DNA of 64,000 nucleotides from Paraglomus brasilianum (taxonomy: Eukaryota), in NCBI GenBank assembly GCA_910592345.1, contig CAJVPI010000036.1:1-64000 (forward strand), in the 5' to 3' direction. Positions within the stretch are counted from its first letter, which is position 1. Every line of letters starts with the position of its first letter. The notes under the pieces are model-generated. The model was not told the origin of the DNA. It saw nothing but the letters and a program-made list of their open reading frames with translations, and searched no databases. This document shows positions 38,480 to 53,185 of the stretch, piece after piece. The translations under genes and the position numbers were made by a program.

Positions 38480-41005
38480 ATGAGTGTAGTAATTCAAACT
38501 ATGTCGTTAGCATCAGGGGTTGTCAATAATCCAACAATTGACAACTTGGTCCAATCCTCCTTGGAAGGTGAAAATAACTTCTTAAGACTTGAATGGATTC
38601 CTTACTCGCAAATTACCGACGCAGAGTCAAGCCAAATTGACAACGTCTACTACGCCATTCTCAAGCAAGAATATCATGATGACCAGAAAATGTTGCTATC
38701 ACTTGGAAGTAGCGAAGAATGTACACCAACACTTGTGAGTGAGTTTGCTAGAATATACTCACTTCCAACAACACACAACTACAACAATGACGTTAATCAG
38801 TTCATAAGATACAATAGATGGCTTAGTTATCGCAACTACTTGATAAAAGGATTTACCAAGTATGATAACAACTATTACATGGTTGCTGACAAACGCTTTT
38901 ACCATTGTTATTCTCGGTATGGATTCTGCACCGCATGTGGAATACTCCGATGTAGTCCCATGTGGTGCATTTGTGGACATAAACAATTATCCGATGGATG
39001 GACTAGCAACAATAACCAACTCGATGAGTTTATTAAGAAATCTCAATTACAAACAAACTCACCAAATCATGCCTATTTGGAATGGATTCCATACAATTGC
39101 ATTAGTGATGAGGGATATGGATATGGATACTTGCATGGACTACCTGCTGATCAATGTGTTCGATTTATTCCACTTGACATAACAGACGAGACACATGATT
39201 TATATTATGCCGAGGTAAACTATTTATGCATAATGTTTATTGAATTGCTTAAATAATTGCTGACTATTGTGTACCATGTCCACTAGTTATGTGATGAGCA
39301 TCCAGCTAATAATGTATGGATAAATATTGGATTTACATATGATACAGACAAGCAAAAGTATTATCTAATAAGGGAATTTTATGAGAGGGGATTATGTCTG
39401 GCATGTACAGCAGCATTTGAACCTAGCATAAGTGCATTCTGTTTCTACTGTAAAGCACCACGACCTCTTAATTGGACGACTGGCAACAAGTCATTGGATT
39501 CACTTATAATGGAGTCATGGAGTAATGTTAATGTGGAGGATGAAGATGAAGACGATGCCTATATACAATGGATCGAATACTCTCGATTATCGAGCGTACA
39601 AGAGATAACATCATTACCCCATAGATGCAAATATATAGCAGATTGGTTAGAGCCGGCAATAAATGAATTGACGCGTGTGACACTCAAAAAGATAGTTGAC
39701 GAACAAAATGATCAGCTATTTGATTTTTATCAGGTAAATTATTTTGTACATTCGATAATAATAAGTACGTATCTTGCGTTTAAACATTGATTTTTGTTGT
39801 AATGACTGTATTTTATTTACTCAAACAGCTAACCAAGGAATACCCCGAAATATTAACCCCGGATAATATTTGGATAGCTGGGTTCACTCAAGAGCCATCT
39901 TCTCGTGAATACTATCTAGTATTTTACCACATAAATGTAGTATTGGACAAATTTATACAAATTAATGAACATGTCGAGTATATGCGATATACTGACTTTA
40001 ATGGAATTAAGGAAATTGGATCTGGATGTTATACAACAGTCTATTCTGCCAAATATAAAAAGTATTTAGAAGAGGATATGCCACAAACTGTTGTACTCAA
40101 ACGGTTTAAGAGTTTTGATGGAATGCAGGAATTGTTTTTTTCCGAGGTAAGCAATTATTGGTAGTATTAATTAAAGCGATATTTAATTTGACGCTGTATT
40201 TATTTTTATTTGATAGTTCAGAAATCATACCATGTTAATGGGCGCGGCTCATGATGTCCTTCAAATTTATGGATTCACACAAGACCCAGAAACAAAAGGG
40301 TACATGATTGTTATGCAATATGCTAACGACGGTAATCTTTTGTCTTATTTGGATCAAAATATTAACAAATTGACATGGAGGATGAAATTACAGTATTTAA
40401 ATATGATTGCGGATGATCTGCGTATTATCCATGGTGCAGGATTTGTACATTGTGATCTTCATGGCGGAAACATTGTTCTCGATAGCTATGACGAAGATCA
40501 AGTGAGTTGGCCATACATATGCAATTTTGGTCTCTCACGATCGGTGAATTCGTGCGAGTCAAATTCAACCATTCAAGGCGTTTTATCCTTTACTGCACCG
40601 GAAGTCTTCCATACCCGCAAATTTACTCAGAAATCAGACATATATGCATTTGGTATTATTATGTATTTGATTGCCTCTGGTGAACCACCTTTTAGAGATA
40701 GGCAGTTCGATAGAGATTTAATATGCGACATTATGGGCGGACTACGACCATCGATGCCTGATTCTGCACCAGATGAATACAAGAAACTTGCCGAGCGGTG
40801 TTGTGATGCTGATCCTGACAAGCGTTTTAAAGATGGAGGGACACTTTATGATGACATTCAGAAACTCATTTATAGAGGTACTTCTAACAGCAACACATGG
40901 AATACTGCCTATCATAATGATGTAAAACCCTTATCACGTCTCGAAAAAGAGAGTAAACACTCTAGTAAGCTCTTACCTATTACTACAGGAGAATTTACAT
41001 GTTGA
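38480..41005 (+). CDS. Tyrosine-kinase-like (TKL) protein kinase of the Glomeromycotina expanded type, 4 exons (38480-39214, ~39287-39733, 39829-40146, 40217-41005)
   Basis: N-terminal WTSxN..LDEFI..SQ..LEWIPY repeats with CxxC knuckles. Kinase motifs GSGCYTTVY, VVLK, HCDLHGGN, NFG, APE and SDIYAFG. Confidence 0.9.
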
Positions 41006-42917
41006 TATAAATAAAATTAATATACAATGTTAACAATGTCCATTTAGAGACTCAAACTCTTTTTGAATAAACTTGTAATTCACGGTTTATTTACATTTTA
41101 TACGAGTTTTATTCAAATGTTTACTCCTTTTCCAATTATACTATGTGCATCCACGTATGTCAACATGGTTGAGTTAACAAGATGCCGAAATAAAATCGCG
41201 CACGTTTACTGTTAGCTGCCTTTGCCGAGGGTAGAAAATATAGAGTACATTATTTATCACAAAGTAAATATTGAGACCAATTATCCAAGTTTATGAAACT
41301 GGGAATGAGTTTGATGCTAATCGTTCTTGAATAGAAAGCGTAGCCGGTGAAGCTTTGTTTGTCAATTGGCACAAATGGCAGAGGATGCATATAATAGCAT
41401 AAACAGGTCAGTAGTAACATACAGTATCTGCTGGAATATCTGTAACCTTAAACTACTATGCGTCGCGACCTAAATGGCCAACCCGACGTATGAGTATATT
41501 TGACGTGAGCAAAAGGATCAGACACACATATGAAGTGAAAGCGAAAAATAAACATGGATATTAGACGTCGTCATCTAACGTATTAATGCCGCGGGAGAGA
41601 TTTGAATATTAAATATGAACAAACAGCGTACAACGAATGCAATAATCATATACGGGGTATAAAATTCTATCGTTGAGTAAAATAATACGGTTAGTAGTTG
41701 CATTTATTTGTTATTCTCAATCATTAATATCGCATTCGTTGAATGCTACAAATTGGTAGGGAAAATATAAAAAATCCCACTGAAAATATACTCATTCAAG
41801 AACACCAAGGAACTACGAAAACGTCCCAGTCAATGAATCGAAGACTAATCACTCTTTCGGTTATCAATCTCTTTGTTCGTCAATTGCTAGCGACAGGGCT
41901 ATCGTTTCCTTTAATGAAGGATTAACCATTAAAACCTGAATAGCTCGGAGAGGAGTAACTGAAGGGGGGGGGTTGACATAAGTTAGTTTTGCATTTTATA
42001 CACAGTATTTATATTAATATGCAATAAAATATTATTCGGCTGTTTAGTAAGCATATTAATATTACGGAAGGAGGTAAACGTTTTTATTCGACATAGAAAC
42101 TTATTCAACAGTTGTTGCCATTCATGCTCGATATTGATAAAATTGTCAGCACATCATTCCTTTCGTATACCAGCAAGGTTAGGTGTTTATCGTCATTATT
42201 TACTGTCGCGAAAATTAGTGGAAGCTCGATTATTATTTGTGTCATACACCTTAAACCAGCAAAATATATATACAATCTTTAAAGTTTTTTCACACAAAAA
42301 ATTAAAACAGTTAGTAAATAATTTTTAATGTAAAAAAGTTACGAAAACTGTATGTCAATTGGATGAAGCTGGATTTTTTTAAAGTCTGACGTTTTACTAA
42401 TAAAAGTAAGAATTCAGTCGTGTAACAAGAAATTGAAGCATCTGATTGGTAAAGAGATTAGGTATATGGATTGTATCGTAAAGGCCTGACAGGAAATGCT
42501 GCTGAATATACAGTAAAAAAGTATCGATCACACCGTCGTGTTCCAGTTTCAATTTTACTTGCTGTCAATGCATTGAGAAACTAACAATAATTCTGTAAAA
42601 TACATAGACGAAACTTCGTTTATAATAAAAAACGCGGCGTTATACTAAATATGATTGGATGGCGTGTTAAATAATCACATGATTTGCATTTTTCAATTTA
42701 TTATTTACAACAGAGTAACTTTAGTTCCTATGCTTAAGAATGAGACGTCAAATAAAAAGAATAAAATAAAATAAAAATAAAACAAACCACTAGAGAATTT
42801 TTACAAATTAAATTTATTATATTCAGTTAGTTCAGTATTCTCGATAATTCGGTTCTTCCCGATAAGATCGGCTGCCAGAGTCCAGCCCGTCTTGGCCGAC
42901 TTATCGAGGTTGACATG

Positions 42918-43109
42918 TACGGTCTAATCTGGTTATAACGAATTCTATGGAACTGGGAAAAAATTCCTTATAACCAACCAGTAATCCCTTATAACCAAGG
43001 TCTCTTTTTATAACAAGATTATAACCATTTAATGATTGGTTTGGAGACAATCTTCATTATAAACAGATATTCGTTATAGCCAAGTTCGTTATAGTCAGAT
43101 TAGACTGTA
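42918..43109. mobile_element. pogo/Tigger-like MITE (~190 bp)
   Basis: TA-CGGTCTAATCTGGTTATAACGAATT and AAGTTCGTTATAGTCAGATTAGACTG-TA TIRs, with internal TTATAACC repeats. A smaller relic with similar ends abuts it at ~42830-42919. Confidence 0.8.
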
Positions 43110-43137
43110 AAAAGGTTTTGTTCAATATTTTATTATA

Positions 43138-44491
<1,354 letters not shown>

Positions 44492-45940
44492 GGATAAAAT
44501 TTGCCCATTTTAAAATTGGTCACCACAATTAAATTCTTAGTAATCATTGGTCAAAAAATTGTTGACTACGTAAATAAGAACATATCAATCAACTGACCTT
44601 AATAATGTTGGCCTACTGGTTGAGTAGCTTATTATTGTGGATTGGTGTCTTTGGTATATAGTAATATTTGTTATTATTATTGTCACAAATGAAGAGTTTA
44701 AGATGGTTGCATTCGATCAATACGAGGCACCTTTAAGAGAAAACGATTAAATAGTTTAATCTGAACAATTGTTTATAAATAAATTATTGCTTAAATAATG
44801 ATGTTTTATTGACTCGAATATAACCTTCGTTATAAGAAGAATTTTATACACCACTTCGATGATCTTACTTCTTATTGTTAAGTTATTGCCCTGCTTTGTT
44901 TATTCAGTCTCGGTTTTCTACAAGAAAGTTGTGGTTAGTTAAGATTCTCAATACTTAATCTTGATTTCTTTTTGGAAACTTTTCTTCAACAACATGAGAC
45001 TCACACAATCTACGCTTTTGAAATTAAACCCGGCTGTTATCACGCGTGTCTATAACCATAGAATTTAATTCAACAACCACAATTACCAAATATCCCAATA
45101 TCTAGTGTCATTTTATCTTTTTAACTGAGCTTCATCTTGAATGCCAAGCAAATTTTGCAAGAACTGAGACAATAAGTCTTACCTACTTGTTTAGAGTACG
45201 GTACATGAGCATCTTGGACTAATCATAATATAATAGCTATTCTGTAATACTGGGTTTTATCTTGAGGCTTCGCATTCTTATGCCTACATCAGATTCTGAT
45301 CTGTCTGCACTAACAGAATATAAATAAGTACAGATTAGACCTGGATATACTGTACATACAGTACTATAGTATTACTAATGCAATCTGTACTGACATTGGT
45401 ATCCCAGTGTCCGTTTGTAAGTACATCATCGAGTTACTTCGGCTTTTAACCTCCATTAAATTGAAGGCTCTCGTATTCTTCCACACATTTCTCGGTGTTC
45501 ACCTATCAAACCAGGTATGTTTAAACATCCACTTCTTAGGTAGGCTGAATATAACGAACCCACCTTGTTCGTTCTCACATTCTCCTTTCTCGGAATAATT
45601 TCTTGACAGAAGCTGCATAGTCATCATAATACGAGTTAGTCGACGATGATAGCACACAAACGGCCCCCAGTTCGGTATTTGTATTTATAATTGCAACTTG
45701 TTAGAAATGTATTTAATGGTGAGCATTATTCTTACAAATCCATGCATTGAGAAAAGATCTTCTGCCTAGCCAATAACAATAGATTTAATAGAATATTAAG
45801 TATTCGAACGTCTATGAAAAATTCTATCTTTATAGACTAACAAGATGATCCAGCGTCGAGAATCATGGTATTGATTAGTAATTCTCGTAGGAGCCGCCAT
45901 AATGGCAGGTTGCTCTATGTAATTAAGTATTATATATGAT

Positions 45941-47829
45941 TTACTCGATCTTTCTATAATCCACGATGTAGTATTCTTTGATATTTTCTTTGAGAAAGCT
46001 ACAAAAATAATTAAAGTTACTCATAAGATCTCGTCTAGCAATCATGGACATGTTGATACTTACTTTAGAAAGTCATCTATGTACAATTTGAGAGACCCGG
46101 TGACATCTGATCTAAGGTTCGCTTGAGATATAATCGCAGGTAATTGAACTGAAAGAGTGTAAAGATTGGTGTGAATGTCAAGTTAAAATTCTTGTACTCA
46201 AAGAATGATACAAGACAAAGTAGCCGGGAACATACCAAATAGTCGTAGTAAATGTTCAAAGCCATATATCTCACAATTGCTGAGATCCTCATGTTGAATC
46301 TTCATTTGCTTATACTGTGATCGCTCTATTTTATAGAGTAAACGTGCACCAAGACATTTATCAAAGTATAATCGTAGTCCTCGTAATACTTCTTCCATAA
46401 TGCCTTCCCTATAGGAGTCTGTCTATTAGTCAAGCCAACATACGACAAGGGTATTATATATAACCTTTCATCTAACTTGTGGAATAAACTTACACTAACG
46501 TCTGGTTTCCTTTACCTTCTCTGCGATACTGAATGTATTGATTCGTAATATCAATCACAGATGGTTTGCGCGGTAATGGAATAAGCTGACGATTTTGAAT
46601 TGATGGATACAAATATGGGTGAATATACCAAACCGCATTTATGCTATAAGAGTTTTGCAAGATAGAAACACCCTGATGTGGGGGGGGAGGGGTTTGTTTT
46701 TTTTTTTTACCATTTGTGATTTAGCAATATACGTTGCATCCTTTACTAATATTGCCATTAGCTGCTCGGGAACGGTCAGTGTTATCATGGGTCTTTTTGT
46801 TGAATCTTCCTGTTTCGATAAAGATATTGAGCGCAATTCATATATATATGAAGAGTGCAGGGAGCAAGAGAGAGAGAGAGAGTGTGTGTGTGTGTGTGCG
46901 TGCGGGTGTGCGTATGGGTGTGTATGGGTGTGTATGTGTGTGGGATATAGAGAGAAACATGGTTAGAATAGCAAAGAAAGACTTAATGCTCAGAGAAGGA
47001 AGGGAGAGGACGGGACTGTTGAAAATAGAAAAGCGAATTGTATATAAGCATACATGTTCTGTTATTATAGTTGACACCTGCTCAAGCGACAAGCGAATAC
47101 AATGGACGGGAGAGGGAAGGGGTAATGGATGCAAGATAATAAGAGGGAGAGGAGACAGGGAATTTTTTTCGTTAATGTTAACGTTCAGAGTTACGGTTTC
47201 AATTGAGTTTTAAAGAGTCTATTCACCTTTCCCTCAATTGACAACTCTCTTTTTCTCTTCTTTCCTTTTTCGATATTGGAAGTAGCAGCACTCACAGTGC
47301 CAGTAGTGGTCAGGTCCAAAGTCGGTTTCCTCATAATAACGTTAGTTGATGATTTTTTGGACTTGTACATTTCTTTAATTTGCTTTTGCTTAGATAGATT
47401 TGCGTCGTTATATTTTAATATGCGGGATTCCTCAACCCATTCATCCCACCTGTCAGTGGTTAATGTTTTCGTGTTATCATGATGAGATTGTCTGAGATTG
47501 GGAGTTTTCTATATGTAGATTAGGTCGCATAATGTGGTGACTTACGTATTCTTCCATCCCTTATAATGGATATAGTAATGCTGTCCGGTTACCCCAGAAC
47601 TAGCATTTTTAGAATCAAAATACTCTGCTTTTAAAATCTAAGGTAGAAGTGCGCTGTATAAGAAATGTTGTACTTAATCCGATTTTATTGTTGCTCTCAA
47701 ATACTATATTTAGTGATTGGATGTAATAATTTGATTCAGGACACCTACTTTTGCTTCGTATATCAATGGTCCATGGTAGCATAGGACCCTCTCTGATACT
47801 TGATACGGTAGATCCTTTTGTTGAGACAT
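45941..47829 (-). CDS. EAF3: EAF3/MRG15 chromatin protein (chromo barrel plus MRG domain), multi-exon
   Basis: MSQQKDLPYQVSERVLCYHGPLIYEAK...[23 protein letters not shown]. MRG domain LIPLPRKPSVIDI...EEVLRGLRLYFDKCLGARLLYKIERSQY...IYGFEHLLRLF. Stop at 45943-45941. Confidence 0.92.
46868..46941. repeat. Compound (GA)n(GT)n microsatellite inside an EAF3 intron
   Basis: Direct reading of gagagagagagagagtgtgtgtgtgtg... Confidence 0.9.
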
Positions 47830-48057
47830 TCTACCGCTATCTCACCAAATGTGGAGCAAAATCGGATGATTATACGTAAAATAGGTTGGATTTTGCTATT
47901 AAAAAGTGGATGAGCGAAATGTTTGAAAGTTTGCGAGTAGAGGGGGGGGGTGGCAGTAATGATGAAAATCATCGGAATGAATAAAGGATGGGGTTAATTT
48001 ATATTGATAGGCAGAGTGCATATCACATGCATATCTAACTGATCTACCGCGATTAAA

Positions 48058-49486
48058 TCACGTAACAAGTTTATTAAGCAACCCACCAAGAGCATGTTCA
48101 TCGTAAACAGCCCGACCGTCATTATTAATGATTCCTCTAGTAGCTATACATTCTATCCCCAATTTCTCTATCTTTACCGTATCAACAGGAATTTGCGAAT
48201 TGTCTAAATACACCAAATGAGTAACGTAACGGTAATCGGGGTAGTCGGTCGCATGAACACCACTTAGGCGCAACGAATAATTGCATCCGCGGACTATGGC
48301 TTTAATAAAATCAACAGCCGAGAAACCAGTTGTCTCTCGATCATTGTACCCATTCAAAATTAAAATCTTACGCTTTAACGAAATTGAATTAACGATAGCC
48401 TTGCCAACATCGCGCAGAATTAAACAAGGCATGATCGAAGTATACAAAGATCCAATAGTATATATCAGCGTCAACTTTTCTTTCAGGCTTGTCAACACCT
48501 TGGCATTAGGCGATGGATATATTTCTTGTCCATACTCATTAATATAATATATCCTATGTATTCGGCGAGCCAAGTGTTCCGTGTCAATCTTATTAAAGTT
48601 CAAGTTACTACCAACCAGAATGGGAAGTATGGGACTAAACGCCACCGGTGATTCAGGCATTTCGTTCACGTCAGTCGTCGTGGTTGTGATGCTCGGGTGA
48701 GATATCTCACACTGTCCAAGTATAACATTCCCATTCTCTAGCTCGGCTGCTATGGCAACTGAGTGGTTGGTATTTATCGCAGGTATTACTCGAGTTTGCT
48801 CGGTAATACCGGCTATAGCTGTGAATAATACTATGGCACCTTCAAGTGACTGGAAAAATAGACGAGCACCAGTCAAGAAGAAGTTTCCAACGCTGCCGTT
48901 GTGAAAATCAAACTTTTTGTGTGCTCTACGGAATACTTCTGATTGCATGTGAACCAGAAACCCACGAATTACCGCCCGTTTTTCGGACGAGATTCCTCGC
49001 CATAATCTAAAAGTCGGAACAGCAATAAATATAACCGATCACATCTCAAGAAGTTTGCTATATGCTCCAGGGTAATCACCTGTGAGTTCCTTCTATAATT
49101 TCCAACCACTCATCCCGAATAACGACATTATCTCCTTCGGCTGGCAATCGGTAACTCAACAATTCTCTGATCGCCTTCTTCTCTTTGTCTTCCTCTGCGT
49201 TAATCAATCTCACTAGTCTGCTCCGTATATCGCCTATTCCTGGTCCACCTAGCACACGCAGAATTTCCGATGTAGAACCACCGTTATCGCTTACGCCTAA
49301 CACGTAAGTGACGTCTTCTGCGATTGACTGTAAAAGGTCAACCTAATAGAAATGAAAACTTTTTTTGTCATATATGATGTATCTAACAAAAAAATTTTTG
49401 ATAGCATAATATTTGATTAGGGAAATTACCATTGAATTGCACGCTGAACCGCCCGAGATGACGACAAAAGAAGGTGATAAACTCAT
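48058..49486 (-). CDS. UPF0052/CofD-like protein (YNL011C-type; YvcK/GlmR family), 3 exons
   Basis: MSLSPSFVVISGGSACNSM|VDLL..TYVLGVSDNGGSTSEILRVLGGPGIGDIRSRLVRL...FDFHNGSVGNFFLTGARLF...GQCEISHPS...YTIGSLYTSIMPCLIL...ILNGYNDRET. Confidence 0.9.
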
Positions 49487-51875
49487 GGTTTTGGTTTGAG
49501 AAAGAGCTTTAGAGGGTTTTGTAGAAAGTAGTAAGCCGACTCCTTTGTCCGTCGTCTCTCTCCTTTTCAGATACTGTTTGTGTTGATCATGTCATTGTTA
49601 CTTGACTGATGATTATATAAACGATGTTTTCTTCGTTTCTTCAAAGTAATCTTTACCAAAGCCAACGGTCGGGTTTGTATACCCTGTTAATTATAATGAA
49701 TACTGTTTCGTCAATAAATCTACCCTTTCCCAATTAATTATCAATATAACGTAATAAACAAGTGGATAAACGGATATCAAGGGACAGTAGAATTTTAAGG
49801 ATAGTGCATATTCCACAATTTCCAGGAATATAATTGTCTGTTTACGTAATACTTAAATGTTTTTATATTATCACATCTATTGGGTATGCTGCGGTCCAAT
49901 TAATATGTCAGTGTCATTGTATGCGTTTTCTGCGGATTACCAGTTATTATTAGGGGCCCCCACGTAAAATTTGTATATTGTGGGGGGTACATGATAGCAC
50001 CCCCAAATTCTGTACTAATATGCAATTGTTTACTTTCCCTTCTAGGGGGATCTAATAAAGATGTTATAACGTTACGAAAATAGCTTCGATTTGGTGGGTT
50101 GATGGCTAGTCAAGACTTCAGCCGCTTAGTGATGAGACCACCGACTCCACTGTTTGCTTAAACATTGTGACTATAATCCGTGTTCGCTCTACGCTATGTC
50201 TCCAATATACATAGTGAAAGTTTAATAGTAGTGTTTGTAACGACTTAACTAAATTCCAAAATTTGTGCAACATCGTCATGTACTACAAAGATCTTCATTG
50301 TATAAAGATTATCGTTATATATGAAACTGGGATTGACGAAGAAAGTGTCTGCACCATCTCCTTCGTTATATAAGTGTTGTTGCGACGCTGAAGAAAGTTG
50401 CATCAAATCCCCTATTAATGCAAACTCCCCCTGATATTTAATAGGCTGAAAATGCACTTGAAAAGTCTCTCTATCATGTCTTATAAACGTTTACTTCCTT
50501 CTTCCTTTAGTTCGCTAAAGATCTTCGTTCGAAGTTAGAGTAGCTACCCCCTGTAATAAATACACTAACACTAACTCTAGTAGTAGTAGCAGTATAATAA
50601 TAATAGAAACTGTAAGTAATAGTCATAGTAATAGTAATGCAGACGCCTTGGGTTCACAGCTAACAGTTTCCGCTATTATTATTACTATTTTGTTTATTAC
50701 AGCAACCGTTTTGAGAGATGGCATGGGGTGAGATGGAGGGAAATGCGAACTCTGGACTATGTTGGTATGTTGCTAACATTCCATAAGTAATGGGCGCATA
50801 TCATTATTATTATGTAAGCGTGAACATTATCTGTAACTAAATTACTATTATTTACTATTACTATTATTATCATGTCAATGAATAGTCATTCGAATGCTGA
50901 TATATGATTGATGACTTTTTGTTGATAATCTCGTTGATAGAAGAAGTATGGCACACACTTTGTTGTTGCTCATCAACAGTCTCTGTTTTCGTTGTAATTA
51001 CCATTGTTAACTAACGATTCAGTATTAGTATTAACGTCATTCTATGTCGAATCAGTATCTTTGTCTTCGACTTGGCATATGCCATACTAGAATTTGGAGA
51101 TGGACGATGTACATTGAATGTGGGAGGGGACTATGGTATTGTGGACTCGTGTGAAGTTATTGTGCATGGATGCACTGTGTACACTTGGTGCTTGTGCCTA
51201 TCATAATCACTTTATCAAGCTCCGCTTGTGTGTGGTAGAAGCGATTTGGTATCCATTGTTTTTAATGTTACTTTACTAATATCAATATATCATATACATT
51301 TACAGGATCACTTTTACAATTGTAACTATAGTTTCTTCCTACGATGCGCACAGTTTCTTCGTTGCAACTAAACGCTGGCCATGGCTAGGCTATACTAATA
51401 TTAATAGCAACTTTCGTAGCCTAGTGAGGGTTTCTTATCCCAATGGACCAGCATTTTCACTTCTGCTGCTACTGTTGCATTTTGTTTGATAAGAATCAAT
51501 AGTAATTAATAGAATCTCCATCTACGATGTACACCGTCAATAAAATTCCTATCATCCTGCTATTTATTGTCACCAACACTCGTGTTTGCTTGTCAACAAT
51601 GCAATGCACTTGCACGCCAAAGAGAATTTACTAATGATGAACTCGCTCACGAAGTAACTACCAACAGATTTGATGGAAAACCACTAACTAAAGTTTATTA
51701 TCACCTTTCTACTGACATTTGTTATGGTATATGTGTAGATAATAATTACTCAAACACGATAAGTGATGTTCTAGCGATTTTGCGACGTATTGTTGTATCG
51801 ATGAATTTCACATAATAACATCATGTATTAATTAGTATTGACATTTTATACGGTAACTGCAATGAACAAACATGT

Positions 51876-52300
51876 AAGTTATATAAGCATTGGATTCTTG
51901 GTTGTTGCGCTATTTATTCCAGATTACGACGAAAATCGATTTTGCGTTTTCGAATAATCAAGCGAATCGGAATATCGAAATTTAAATCATTCTGTGTCAA
52001 TTTTTGGTATACAGTTATGATTAACAACCACACAATTTATATGAGAATTGGATTCTTGGTTGTTGCGCTATTCCAGATTATGACAAAAATCGATTTCGCG
52101 TTCAAGCGAATCGTAATATCGAAATTTATATCGTACTTAGTATTAGTATTTTGTGTCAATTTTTGGTATACACCTCGACAACAGTTGTTAAGTTATATGA
52201 GCATTGGATTCTTGGTTGCGCTATTCCGGATTATGACTTCGCGTTCAAGCGAATCGTAATATCGAAATTTAAATATTATGTATCAATTTTGGTCACACAT
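51876..52300. repeat. Three diverged direct repeats of ~110-160 bp
   Basis: GCATTGGATTCTTGGTTG..CGCTATTCC..ATTA..CAAGCGAATCG.AATATCGAAATTT..TCAATTTT.GGT recurs at ~51885, ~52045 and ~52200. Confidence 0.85.
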
Positions 52301-52859
52301 TAGCAACAGTTATGCTTAATATTAATATTAACAAATTACTATTGCGGAAAACACGAGATTTCTAACTTTAGATAATGAAGATACGATTTCATTACTATAT
52401 TAATGTCTGGAAAAGGCAAGTCAATAATCAAAATTGACTTCTTCTTCTTCTTCTTATTATTATTATTATTATAAGTGATATTATTATTTATTTTGATGTA
52501 ATAAGAAAATAATATACAACAGACAACAAAGACAACAAAAAACGAAAAAACAAAGTATATACAATAAAAGAGCAATTTTCCTTTGCTGCTCTATTAGTAA
52601 CTTCAATTCTTTTTCCTCCCTTTATCCCCTTTTTAATATTAGTTTCATCTTCTCCTCCAGCTCCTCCAACTTATTATTTATTGCCATCCACGTTTCCGTT
52701 ATCGGTTTTATTCCTGATAAGTATTAATTGCATCATCATAGTCAAAAACCAATGAAGAACGTTCACAGCAGGCCGTCCACCGTACGCCAGGGCTGGGTAC
52801 CTGACTGGCGACTTTCGCAAGCTGCGGCCACGATGCGCTTTCAATTCAAATGGTCAATG

Positions 52860-53185
52860 TATCCTATTCACCACACCCGGAATAAAATCTCTGGCGGCTT
52901 TGTCGGCAACGGAGAACGTTCACAAAAATATCAGGAACTACATAATGTTTTAAAGGTATCTTATTCACCACACCCGGAATAAAATCTCTGGCGGCTTCGT
53001 CGGATACGGGAATCGATATATATATTGATATATACACCCATTGTGCTTACCGAAACCCGATTTATACCCAAGTGGCAGCGTAACTTCAGATACCTACATC
53101 AAGTAATCACCTAACTGGTACTTTACGATTTGTGGCTCAAATTCTCCGATATTTTACACCTAGTGGCAGCGTACCTTCAGATACA
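52860..53185. repeat. Two pairs of short direct repeats
   Basis: TATTCACCACACCCGGAATAAAATCTCTGGCGGCTT at ~52865 and ~52962. AGTGGCAGCGTA.CTTCAGATAC at ~53071 and ~53162. Confidence 0.85.

Noticed and set aside
46619..47213. Overlapping ORFs across the EAF3 intron
   Set aside because: Produced by GA/GT microsatellites and antisense to EAF3.
50083..50165. Possible tRNA or box C/D snoRNA (GTGATGA motif)
   Set aside because: No cloverleaf or T-loop consensus and no convincing box D with terminal stem.
51876..53185. Repeat-spacer patterns as a CRISPR array
   Set aside because: Only 2-3 copies, irregular and diverged, no cas genes, eukaryotic context.
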